A stretch of DNA of 63,785 nucleotides, filler included, from Chiloscyllium plagiosum (taxonomy: Eukaryota), in the NCBI RefSeq assembly GCF_004010195.1. It is 4 parts of one record of this genome, joined end to end, with 100 filler letters (N's around TTAATTAATTAA, not from the genome) between each part and the next. Parts side by side here need not be neighbours in the genome. Positions count along the whole stretch, not along the records: positions 1 to 29,973 come from NC_057715.1; 3 more parts are not named here. One strand, written 5' to 3'. Below the pieces are notes generated by a model. That model was given only the letters and a program-made list of their open reading frames with translations, made no database searches and was not told where the DNA came from. Of the stretch, positions 12,301 through 24,259 are shown piece by piece. Each line of letters begins with the position of its first letter. Position 1 is the first letter of the stretch. The position numbers and the translations under genes were made by a program.

Positions 12301-13299
12301 CTGCCAGACTTACTGGGTTTCTGATTAAATTTCTGTTTTTGTGTGTTTCTGGTCTCTGACATTGCAGTTCTTTGTTTTATATTAGAAAGAAATAGTTTCT
12401 ACGAGGTTTAGTCTTTACCAGGGAACTAATCTAAATATTGGAGCCAGGAATCAAATAGGGAAATAATGTTACACACAAAGGAAGCACAAGTTTCTACAAG
12501 TGGTAGTTGCTGCTACATGAACTGTAAATGTTAAAGCTAAGATTGATAAGATTTTTATTATTCACAGGTATTAAGGGACATGGGGCAAAGGCAATTTGCA
12601 GATCAATCATGATCTCATTGAATGATAGAACTGGCTTAAAAGCAAATTCCTGTTCCTAAGTTCAAATTTGAGAAGCAGAAGACCTGGGTATACTCTGCAA
12701 TCAATTCACAGAAAGCAGCATCTATGATTAAGTTCCATTTTATTGCATTCTAATACACAATCTGAATGTTCCACACACAAAAACTATAGATATATATTGG
12801 GAGGTATGGACATAAACTTGCAGTGTCACCAAACTTTAAATGTTGCATAAGACATGAACTTACAATGTAAACAAATTGGTACTGTTATCCTCCTACACTC
12901 AAATCATTAATTGTTGCATATGTTATAATAAACCTCTTCAATTATCTGTTGCAATGTGTGAGCATTGCAAAGGCTGAAGGATGACAAAAAGAAACAAATA
13001 AAATCTCTGGTAAACTGAAATACAGATGCAGTTGAATGCACATTGTTATTAAGAACTAAACAGATATCTTTTTCGACATTGATCATAACTCTCACATTAA
13101 TTCTAGTGAAAGCAGCATTGTTTTAAATTCAAATTAAGATTACCCTGATATATTTAATCTAGGTGATACCAGATAATCAGGAAATGTGGATTTCTAATTC
13201 ATTTACTGATAGTGTCCTTTCTCCCTTGAGATATTTTGGAGACAATCATTAGCATACTGAAGGCAAAGCCAAGATACAAAGACAAAATCAGGAAACAAA

Positions 13300-13720
13300 A
13301 TCAAAAGATATAACTGTATTGATGAAGATATATTTAAGGTGATTTTTTTTACTGTTTAAGGGAGTCATAGAAATTTCACCCAAAACGTCAATTGTGGAAA
13401 AAACAAAAATACGTATTTCGATTTTTGGAGTGGTGGAGGGAGTAGACAGGGTGCTGGGATCCTTTAAAATATCGAGTGACTTTAGGGTGTGGAGGCTATG
13501 GTAATCTAAAGGATAAGGATTCATTTGAAATGAATAGATGCACAGCTCTGCTGAACATCAGATTACTTGATTACCTGGCTGGTTGGCTGAGTGAGATTCT
13601 GATTGTTTCCAGGCTTCTTGACAAGAGGATTAGACAGAGATTTCCTCTTTTTCAGAGTATGTGGCACAGAGATACAGTAGGGGTGAAGGTTTAATGGGGA
13701 TATAGTCTGAGATATTGCAT
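13300..13720 (-). mobile_element. Decayed Penelope RT fragment
   Basis: LDYHSLHTLKSLDILKD...FSTIDV resembles PLE RT (LD..L.P....YIKD...FTMDV). Confidence 0.4.
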
Positions 13721-13924
13721 TATATTGCACATTATGCCCAACTGTAGAATCTCTACTGGCTTTTTAAAAGATTTATCAACTTCATTCAATCCTGTATTCT
13801 TTCCTCAAAGCTCCACTTTATTTTTACCTAGTTTCATTTTAAAAATTACTATTAAATCTGTTTTGACCACACTTTTAGAATGAGAGAAACTTACTGTTAC
13901 CTGTATGTATTGAGTTAAATGGTT

Positions 13925-14268
13925 AGAATGGTACAGCACAAGGATGGGTTCTTCGGCCCATTATGTTGTGTTGAACATGACACCAAATTAAACTAATCCC
14001 TTCTGCCTGTCCTTGGTCCATATCCCTCCATTCTTTACATATTCATGTCTTTATCTAAAAGTCTTTTAAACACCTTTATTGTATCTGTCTCCACCACTAT
14101 CCCTGGCAGCGTGTTCCAAGCACCTCCCACTCTCTGTGTAAAAAAACTTGCCCTTCACATTTCCTTTAAACTGTCACCTTAAATGCATGCTCCCCTATTA
14201 TTAGGCATTTCAAATTTGGGAGGAAGATTCTGTCCATCAACCCTATCTATTCATCTCATAATGTTATT
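13925..14268 (-). mobile_element. CR1 LINE 3' fragment
   Basis: CR1 C-terminus and 3'UTR (ttttttacacagagagtggg...ggagggatatggacc on minus). Confidence 0.85.
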
Positions 14269-14479
14269 TTACAGAATGAGAAGTACCTTTTACCAAAAGG
14301 TACTTCTCATTGGATGGTGAATTACACTAATTTGTTAACGAACCTGTGGATGGTAGCTATGCAGGACCTACGTGTCAATTATAGTTTAGATGTTAATTTC
14401 CTTATCAACAACAGCATACTTCAACCTTATGAGGAAGGTCCAGAAATTTTCTTATCTGCAGAGAAAATGCCAGGCTATC

Positions 14480-14600
14480 TCACCTGCCTCCAATCCTGAT
14501 GAAGGGCTTTTGCTCGAAACGTCGATTTTCCTGCTCCTCAGATGCTGCCTGACCTGCTGTGCTTTTCCAGCACCACTCTGATCTAAACTCTGATTTCTGA
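14480..14600 (+). mobile_element. Penelope pLTR fragment
   Basis: gatgctgcctgacctgctgtgcttttccagcaccactct, shared with 2912-3775. Confidence 0.85.
14492..14527 (+). ncRNA. Minimal type I hammerhead ribozyme motif
   Basis: AAUC-CUGAUGA-A-GGGC-UUUU-GCUC-GAAAC-GUC|GAUU: intact core, helix I AAUC/GAUU, helix II, palindromic ACGU helix III. Confidence 0.75.
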
Positions 14601-16544
14601 CTGTGTACAGTATTCAGGAGGAAAGGTTAGACCTAATCAATTTAGGAGCTGTTATCATGTTAGCCCATAACAGGAGAAAGAATGCCTGTTTTTCATAATT
14701 TCCATGGTATGAGGAGTGATACAAAATCAATATAACTGAGTGGTTATATACACTTTTGTATATTTGTATTTATTTGTGAAAAAAAATCGTCTGTTAGTTG
14801 AAATATCAAGCTATTCACTTGAATATTTTCTGTAAGCTCTGTCAAGGTAAGATCAGATGGAGCACAAAATAAGTTAACAGCAGTGACTGGGAGGTAAAAT
14901 ATAACTGTATCTCATTCAGACTTGTGCATTTGTTACATGAGTTCAATGCTTAAGTAATGATGGTCACACAATGTGCTATGCATCCTCTATTTAATATGTA
15001 ATTTAAATAATGAAATCAATATTCAAGAAATAACGATCTGACGTAATCGCACTTTCTTTCATATTGAAAGCTGTTTTAACATAAAATCTAGAATTATATC
15101 CTGTTTTGTTGGTGTCTCTTTATTCTTAAGCTATATCAAGTTTATATAGTACATACAATGGCAGTCATTTTATTCCACAAATTAGAATGTTTTTTTACAG
15201 CTAGCTTTTTAGCAATGTAAATTCCCACAGTAACCCACTTTGAAATCTGCTTATTAAACAGGACCACATTATTCTATGCAACTCCCTTCTAACAGTTTTA
15301 CACTTAGTTTAATTGGATGGTCACAGTGCTGTACAATACATTACTCATATGTACCAAATTGGAAATCCAAATGTAGCTAACCACATCTCTAATTAGTGAA
15401 TGAGAGAAGAGGAAAAGGGAGAATCATTTGAGCATTTGATCACAGAGTTTGTAATTTGCACCATTATGCAGAAGTACTTTAAACTTCCTGAATGTTTGTT
15501 GGAAAAATGAATAAAATCAAGCGATATAAAAGCAAATTAAAAGCAAAATACATGACCACACAATTTTAATTATTGATATATTTTTCTTTAGGACATTTTT
15601 TTGACTAAAATTAGTGTACGGTGAGGTCCTATTATGGGCAGTACCTGTTAGCCATTTATATTAGACACTCAGATGTTTAGCCCTTACCAAGCTGTTAATC
15701 AGAAGTTTTTCTCATACTGCATTGTATTAAGGATCAGGAGCAAGAATAAATATATATGTAGCCTGAATTCTGCATCAATTCATTTCAAGCAATGTGATAC
15801 ATCCCCAACAGTATAACTACAGCTTGTCAGAGTCTTGTCGATCTTAAATAATTAATCAGATCAGTGGATATTTTCCCTCCAAGACATTGGCAATCTTTGC
15901 AAACATTTGTAACACCACAGGCATTTTTATGAGGTACCCTGACCTGATAGCTAACTAATTCCGCTTGGTAGAGTAGGATCGATGATTTTTATGAAGCAAA
16001 TGAAGTGTTATAGATTGCTCATAGCTTGATGACTTCTGAAGTTGTAATGGTTCAACATTTATACTTAGTCACTGAGTCAGCCTGAGTAGACGATTCCCTT
16101 AAGAGCACTTCAATGATCTTCTCTACTTCCTCCTTAATGTGCAGTTATTTGAGTAGAAGTTTAAATTCAATTGACCTAGTTCTGAAGCAGTAAATGAAGT
16201 TCTTTGTAACTTTGAAACAGAAGGGGGTAAATGTTCAAGATGATCTAAAAAAAGTGATTTACTGATTGTATTGTAGGAAGACAGCAAAAAAGGCTGTCTG
16301 CAAGGAGAATGGATCAGCATTGGGAATGAGTGAAAACAAAAAACAATGTTTAAACATTTTATTATTAATATTAATGGTGGAGTTTCTCATCTCCCAGAAA
16401 AATAAGGATTTTTTTTGCAAAGGATCCCTTATGCAAAGACTAATGTAAGAGAAGGGACATGAGGTGTAGGCATGTCGCAACATACTATGTTGAAAGCATT
16501 ATTGGTGAGTGAATAATTGAAGCTCTCTACATAACAATATTATT

Positions 16545-17050
16545 TTAGAATTTAGAATTAGCTTTATTGTCACATACTCATATGAGTAGAGTGAGAAGTT
16601 TACAAGTCGCCATTACTAATCTTAGGTACAAAGGTACAGATCATTAAATGTAAATGTTTAGAAAAAACAATGAGAAATTAAAGAAAATCAGAAGTCCAGT
16701 ATTACAGGTCACGGGGATAAATTAGAAAAATAAAAAAAAAATTCCTTCCAAACCAGTCCATGCTGTCACCTTGTCTCTAGTCCATGCCAGACCTCAAAGC
16801 TGAGGTCGGGAGTCAGAGTCTGCGCTGAGGTCAGGACATCACTGGTGTCAGAAGTCCAGTATTACAGGTCACGGGGATAAATTAGAAAAATAAAAAAAAA
16901 AAATTCCTTCCAAACCAGTCCATGCTGTCACCTTGTCTCTAGTCCATGCAAGACCTCAAAGCTGAGGTCGGGAGTCAGAGCCTGCGCTGAGGTCAGGACA
17001 TCACTGGTGTCACCCAAGGTTGAGAAGCAAGATCAAAGAAAGGGAAAGAA
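16545..17050 (-). mobile_element. Non-coding retroposon with Rex1-like tail, containing a ~160-bp tandem duplication
   Basis: Minus-strand tail gtaaacttctcactctactcatatgagtatgtgacaataaagct(aattcta)n; duplicate units 16688-16847 and 16848-17009. Confidence 0.65.
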
Positions 17051-17057
17051 AAACATT

Positions 17058-17140
17058 TACCTGACAAAGGGGCAGTGCTCCGAAAGCTGGTGATCTCAAA
17101 TAAATCTGTTGGACCATAACCTGGTGTCATGTGACTTCTG
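17058..17140 (+). mobile_element. Penelope pLTR fragment (family 2, degenerate hammerhead)
   Basis: cctgacaaaggggcagtgctccgaaagct...aataaatctgttggaccataacctggtgt; same family as 32153-32425. Confidence 0.7.
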
Positions 17141-17597
17141 GCTTCCCGCTACAGTGTCATTGCATGGAGAAGCTACAAACTCAAAGCATGAAATAGGTGA
17201 GTGAAAATTTGAGATAACAAAGATAAAATTAGTCTTCGGCAAAATTACAAAAGGGATGGAAGTAAATTGATGAATCATCTGCACCCTACACAATTTACTT
17301 TTCATTTTGTTTAGTAGAGAACCAATGGGGTGAGACTTGAAATGGATGGCTAAGTCACTCTTGTCTTTTCATCATTTCTAGCCAAGATGGATTTAATTGC
17401 CAAATTAGTGAACATATTTACAAACAGATTAATATCAGGATCAAAATGTGGTGAAGAAACCAGATTGCAAACTGACTAAATTTTCATTTCTAACATGTTA
17501 AACATGCAAGTTCCAAAACAAAAAAAAATGTTTATTAGTTTCTGGAGGTACTTGTTACTTTTAAATACAAACTAGGCATTGTATGCCTACACACAGG

Positions 17598-17785
17598 AGG
17601 CCGGGACATTAAATGTCTTCAAGGCAGAGATTGATAAATTCTTAATCTTGCTAGGAATTAAGGGATACAGGGAGAGTGCAGGTAAGTGGTGTTGAAATGC
17701 CCATCAGCCATGATTGAATGGTGGAGTGGACTCGATGGGTCGAATGGCCTCACTTCCACTCCAATGTCTTAAGGTCTTACGGTGT
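17598..17785 (+). mobile_element. CR1 LINE 3' end
   Basis: ttcaaggcagagattgataaattc...gactcgatgggtcgaatggcct 3'UTR. Confidence 0.8.
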
Positions 17786-17885
17786 TTAATAGATACCAAA
17801 TTAGACTATTATTTGACATTGGGAAGAACTGATATAAACAATATAATTATGTAAGAGAGTAATGGAAACAAAATTATGATAATAT

Positions 17886-18184
17886 GGGTGCCACAGTGGC
17901 ACAGTGGTTAGCACTGCTGCCTCGCAGCGCCAGAGAACCGAGTTCAATTCCCGCTTCAGGCGACTCTCTGTGTAGAGTTTGCACATCCTCCCCGTGTCTG
18001 CGTGGGTTTCCTCCGGGTGCTCCGGTTTTCTCCCACAAACCAAAAATATGCAGGTTAGGTGAATTGGCCACGCTAAATTGCCCGTAGTGTTAGGTGAAGG
18101 GGTAAATGTAGGAAAATGGGTCTGGGTGGGTTGCGGGTCGGTGTGGACTTGTTGGGCCGAAGGGCTTGTAATCTAATCTAATCA
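17886..18184 (+). mobile_element. HE1-type tRNA SINE
   Basis: A/B boxes, HE1 body, (taatc)n tail. Confidence 0.95.
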
Positions 18185-19169
18185 ACAGTAAGTAATCTAA
18201 TATTATTTACAATATACTATAGTGTTTCTGGTTAACTGTGATGAAAGTTGTTTCTCTTTATTTCAAATGAATAGTTTCAAACTAATGTGAATTTGATGTA
18301 ATGTTTTCCTAGTGTACCATATAATTCAGAAACAAATGGATATCTTGTTGGCATTGAAATTGTGTTTGACAGGCATCTAAATCAGTGGCAATTGATACCC
18401 AACTGAATATGGATCAATGTCAGTAGGGCAGCAATAATTAAACTACATTCAGCCACTGATTAAATTCTTCCTCACATGTTGAACTGTCCCCAAGCACTTT
18501 CCCTGGAGGAATTTCCATTCTCCAATAATAAAATGTCTGCTTCAATGGAGGAAATGTGTCTCATTAGCTGAAGGTGCTTAGCCTCTGTGACCCTGGTAAA
18601 CTCACATTTCAGGCTGTATAAACCAGCCAGACTGTTCAAATGGTGAGAGGTCAGCCTCATCTGCCACTCAAACAAAACTCATAAGAGAATGAACAAAAAT
18701 GTACAGAGAATCAAATGATATTAAAGGTGAATTAAAATGGTGATATTCAACTCCATTGTAAAAATATTGGTGGCTAAAATGTGGCCTTTGAGGAACATGA
18801 ACATCAGGCAGTAGAATTATAAGAAAGGACAGATCAATATCAATTGCATTTAGCCTGATATGGAAGGTATCTCTGAACAACAGAGGTGGAAAAAAACGTT
18901 TGCATTTTTATAGAGCAAAGCAGAGAAAAATAAACTTGAATGTATACAATTTTAACATTGGAGAAAGAAACCTATTAATTTGAGGAGGAATATTCAAATA
19001 AAAATTGATAGTACACCAAAGGAAGGGATAGATAGGATTCATTTCTGGTCTACTTCATCTAGGCATCAAAGTAATGAGAAAATGATTTTTGCAAGTTGGC
19101 CTATTTTTGATTATGTAGACCAACAAACTACTCTAGTGAAGGAGAAAGCCCATCTCCTCTTTGTAAATA

Positions 19170-19610
19170 ACTCAGTGTTGAAGGCCTCCCACTTTCCAAC
19201 CATCCCTTTACCTGCAAATATCCACCTCCACTGAACTTTTGAAAGTTCTTGCCTAATAGCGTCAAAATTGGCCTTACTTCAATTTAAAACTTTACCTTTT
19301 AGATCGGGTCTATCTTTTTCCATAACTGTTTTAAAACTAATAGGATTATGATCACTTGCTGCAAAGTTTTCCCTCCTGACACTTCAGTCACTTGCGCTGC
19401 CTTATTTCCTAACAGAAGGTCACAGTTTGCTCCTTCTCTAACATGTACATCCACATATTGAATGAGAAAGTTTTCTTGTATACAATTAAATTTCTCTTCA
19501 TCCATGGCAATCCCAGTTCTATACACTGTATTTTGAAAGCTAAAATCCTTTACCATTACAATCCTATTATTATCTGAGATCTCCTTACATATTTGCTTGT
19601 CAATTCCTCT
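19170..19610 (-). mobile_element. Inverted 5' segment (endonuclease) of the CR1 at 19701-21806
   Basis: DKQICKEI...IQENFLIQYVD...REGANCDLLLGN; its left end corresponds to the ORF2 position where the plus-strand part starts. Confidence 0.8.
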
Positions 19611-19700
19611 CACCCAGCCCCGTGCTCCTCTATATTTTTGGGTATTGTGTCCTCCATTGTGAAGACAGAAGCAAAATATTATTTATTTGTTCTGCCATAT

Positions 19701-21806
19701 GTCAGAAACAGAATGTTCCTCTTATTGCAAAAGGCAAGGTTGGCAGGTGAAAGGAATGCTGGATGACTACAAAGCTCTGGTCAAGAAAAAGAAATAGGCA
19801 TACATCATATATAGGAGACAGTGAGATCTGCAGATGCTGGAGATCAGAGTTGAGAGTGTTTTGCTGGAAAAGCACATCAGGTCAGGCAATATCCAAGGAG
19901 CTCCTCGGATGCTGCCAGCCCTGCTGTGCTTTTCCAGGAACACACGTACATCATATATAGACAGTTGGGATTGAGTGAATCCCTTGAGGAGTGTAAAGGC
20001 AATAGGAATCCACTTAACAGGGAAATCAAGAGGCCAAAAAGAGAGCATGAGATATCTTTGGCAATTAGGGTTAAAGCGAATCCAAGAGATTCTACAAATA
20101 TATAAAGGACAAAAGAGTAACTAATAAGAGAACAGGACCCCTTAAAATCAACAAGGCTGTCTAAGTGTGGAACCATAGGAGTTAGTGGAGATATTAAACA
20201 TCAGTATTTACTGGCATGTATTTAACGGGGGAAATAAATAGTGATGTCTTGAAAAGTATCTATATTCCAGAAGAGGAGGTATTGAAGGTCTTAAAGTGCA
20301 TAAATGTAGATAAATTACCAGGACCTGATCAGGTGTATCCCTGAACTTTGTGGAAAGCTAGGGAAAAGATTGCTGAGCCTCTTGCTGAGATATTTGTATC
20401 ATTGATAGCCACAGTGAGGTTCTGGAATAATGGAGAGTGGCTCATGTGTTGTCATTATTTAAGATAGGTGATAAGAAAAAGCCAGAGAATATAGACAGGG
20501 TGAGCTGGATGTCAGTGGTGGTTAAGTTGTTGGAGGGGATGCTGAGGGACAGGATTGACATGCAATTGGAGAGGCAAAGACTGATGAAGAATAGTCAATA
20601 TTGCTTTGTGTTTCGGAAATCATGTCTCACGAAATTGATTGAGTTTTTTGATGACATGACAAAGAAGATTGATGAAGGCAGAACAGTTGTCTATATGGAC
20701 TTCAGCAAGGACGTCAGAGAGAGCTAGCCAACTGGATACAAAATTGGCTTGGAGACAGAGGGTGGTCGTAGACGTTTGGTTTTCTGGCTGGAGGCCTGTG
20801 ACCACCAGTGTGCTGCAAGGATCGATGCTGAGTCCACTGCTTTTCATCACTAATATAAGTGATTTGGATGCGAATATAGGAGGTACAGTTAATAAGTTTG
20901 CAGATGACACCAAAATTGGTGGTGTAATGCACAGTAAAGAAGGTTATCACAGAGTACAACTTGACCTTGATCAGATGGGCCAATGGGCTGCAAAATGGCA
21001 GATAGAATTCAATTTAAATAAGTGTGTGAAATGTTGCATTTTAATAAAGCAAACCAGGGCAGACTTACACAGTTAAATGGTAGGGCCCTGAGGATTGTTG
21101 CTGAACAAAGAGATCTATAGGTGCAGGTTTATATTTCCAAGAAAGCAGAGTCACAGGTAGACAGGGTGATGAAAAAGGTGTTTGGTATGCTTGCCTTCAT
21201 TGGTCAGTGCATTGATTAAAGGAGTTGGGATATAACATTGTTGCTGTGCAAGACATTGGTGAGGCCATGTTTACAATGTTGTGTTCAATTCTGGCCTCCC
21301 TGCTACAAAATAAAATGTTAATCTTGAAAGGGTTGAGAAAAGATTTACAAGGATTTTGTATTGGAGGGCTTATGCTATAGGGAGAGGCTAAATAGGCTGG
21401 GGCTGTATTCCTTGGAGTGTTGGAGGCTGAGGGGTGATCTTTATAGAGATTTATAAAATCAAGAGGTGCATGGATAGATGAATAGGTAGGGTCTTTTTCC
21501 TCAGGGCAGGAGAGTCCAAAACTAGAGGGCATAGGTTTAGGGTGAGAGAGGATGGATTCAAAAGGGACCTGAGGGGTAACCTTTTCATGTTCAAGGTGAT
21601 GATGTATAAAATGAGCTGCCAGAGGAAGTGATGGAGGCTGGTACAGGTACAACATTTAAAAGGCATGAATGAGTACATGAATAGGAAGGATTTAGAGGGA
21701 TATTGGCCAAATGTGGGCAAATGGGACTGGATTAATTTAGGATATCAGGTCAGCATAGACGAGTTGGACTGAGGGGTTTGTTTCCATGCTGTATGACTCC
21801 ATGACT
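19701..21806 (+). mobile_element. CR1/HER1 LINE ORF2 (RT) and 3'UTR, decayed
   Basis: RKSCLTKLIEFF, YMDFSK, LQGSMLSPLLF, KFADDTKIGG; tail tgtatgactccatgact. Confidence 0.95.
19815..19946. mobile_element. 132-bp hairpin Penelope insertion
   Basis: Exact 14-bp TSD tacatcatatatag (19801-19814, 19947-19960); inverted pLTR arms centred at ~19900. Confidence 0.9.
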
Positions 21807-22649
21807 AAATATATACAGATCAGTCTTTCCATGCAGAGTAATCAGTGAATCATTCTCAAATATGCTGAGATATGTTTTTCTGGTGGTGTTGGCTCTGGCA
21901 GCTGAACAATTGGTTTGTAGTGACAGAGTTCTTCAAATGAGCTGAAATGAGCTCTCAAGTTTCCTGTATGATTGTAGCTTTTGTCTAGCAATTTGCTTCC
22001 AGCAACTGGAGAGAGACACAGATTCTTCCTTTTTAACTTTCAAGTGCAGAGGTGTCAAAAAAGGTGTTCTCAGGTGTAACCTTCTCAATACTTTCTAGCC
22101 CAGTATCATTCGAACATGAGACCAGCTCACGCACATCAGAAGTATAGTTCTTTGTTTAACCCCTTCCTTTGTATATTCCTTTCAAGGGGAAAATGTCTTT
22201 CACCAGGACTGCTTTCTTGCACCTCACATTGACTCCGATTTTCTGATGGTCAGACAACAGTTATTCAGTGCAGATGACAAATGCACAAGGGGACTCTGCT
22301 GGATCTCCATCATAGAAGGTTCTGCTGGAAAATTCTCGTGCCCCCCTTCTTCCACCACAGGACCCAATCCAATACTCTTGCTCATATCACTGCTGCCTGA
22401 TACACTGGCCTTACTCTCCACTCAACTCCAACAATCCTCCCACCTGCCTTGACCCAAACCAACTGCTTCCCACCCAGAAACCTGCCATCCCCACCCTCCC
22501 ACCACCATCACATCCCACATCCAGCTACTCCCATCTTTCCTCCTATAGCCAATTTCTCTTTCAATATTTCAACAATCCCTTTAAATCAATGTACACTCAG
22601 GTTCAAACAAAGTTTCATGTTCCGTCTTTCTAATAATATGCCACACAAA

Positions 22650-22880
22650 GGACCTACTTGCCTTCCAGGTGGATGTAAGAAATTCCATGGCAATTTTTAA
22701 AAAAGATTTTCTTCATTTTCCTGACCCATATTTATCTCTGAAGCAATATTACTAAGAAACAAATTATCTGGTGATTTTCACAACGCTAATTGTGGGTGTG
22801 AGCCGTGTGTAAATGATTGCTGCAGTTCCTAAATTACAACCATGAAGGCAGTCCAGCAGTATTTCATTGACTATCACAAG
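22650..22880 (+). mobile_element. DeuSINE (SacSINE1-like) Deu-domain remnant
   Basis: caggtggatgtaagaaattccatggca...attatctggtgattttcacaacgct...gttcctaaattacaac resembles the recalled Deu domain. Confidence 0.65.
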
Positions 22881-23212
22881 TTGCAATGAAATGCATTGAC
22901 TGAAAGAATGGTGAGAACAAATTCAAACTGTAACTCTTAAAAAGAAAGGTTTTCTGAAATTTATGAAGAAATCAGGAGAATGGTACTCACTGGAAATCTT
23001 AGCAGTCCAGCACAGCATACTTAATGGAGAAATCAGAGGCTGGAAGGAATACTCTCATTTGTGATTCTAAGTATCTGACTGTGTTACAACATGGCGTAAA
23101 CCGTCCTGCAAAATTTAAATCCAGCAACACAGAAAAGATTTATCTCATGCAGTAATCTGTAAAAGTTTAAGTGGCCAAGAGCTATTTAAAGTAAAAATTA
23201 ATAACTTTTTTT

Positions 23213-23515
23213 TAGATTAGATTCCCTACAGTGTTGAAACAGGCCCTTCAGCCCAACAAGTCCATACCGACCCTCCAAAGAGTAACCTACCCCACTGACT
23301 AATGCACCTAACAACTATGGACAATTTAGCATGGCCAATTCACCTGGCCTGCACATCTTTAGAATGTGGGAGGAAACCGGAGTACCCAGAGAAAACACAC
23401 ACAGACAGAGGAAGAATGTGCAAACTCCACACAGACAGTTGCCCGAGGCTGGAATCAAACCTGGGACCCTGGTGCTGTGAGGCAGCAGTGTTAACCACTG
23501 AGCCACCGTGCCTCC
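23213..23515 (-). mobile_element. HE1-type SINE inserted in the 3' LTR
   Basis: Absent from the 5' LTR; A/B boxes and tail. Confidence 0.95.
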
Positions 23516-24259
23516 GTATAGCAGAGAATAATTAACTAACAACTAGTTACTATTCCTTATTCTAATCTATTACCTTCCTTTCTATAACACTAGTCTGATA
23601 AAACTCCTATTTAAGACTTACAAAACAACACTTCTTATCTCAAAACTAGACAACTTTTGGTTCTTGTCATCAGATCTTCCCGTGTCTTCTTTTCTTCTGG
23701 TTAGGAATTTCTGCTTTACAGGCTACTGATCAAAAACAGAGCTATTTTTCAGGCAGTCTGTTTACATGTTAGGCTGTGGCAGTTCTCCTCTCAATGGTTC
23801 AATTTTCCCAGGTCTAATACTCCAGAGCATCGGATTGTGTCATTGACCCTTAAGATTGTCAATATACTCAATTCAAACTTGAATGGAGTTTAATATGTTT
23901 CGGGTATTATTTAAACTGATTGGCCGATTTTGAATTTGTTTTTGTCTCCAAGCAATGAACTAATTGAGTTGTTTAACCAAGTGTTACATTGTTACATTTT
24001 TGAGTACATTTGGTGCTGTGTCTGGTTGTTCTGCGGCTTTTAACTCTCTTAAAGTACACCCACATCCTTATAAAACCTCCCCCCTTAAGAAAAAAATGAA
24101 CCATCTTAATGAAAAGATGGCTTCATTTTTTTTCTACTTTTTAAACAAATTACCGTAATACACTGATAACTTTCATATATGTTCACCTTAACTTCTTCCC
24201 ATACACACACACTCACATATATAAAACATTAAATAAAGATAAATTTCATCTAAATGTTT

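Noticed and set aside
21830..22630. Possible LTR and Penelope relics
   Set aside because: Too decayed to assign from motifs
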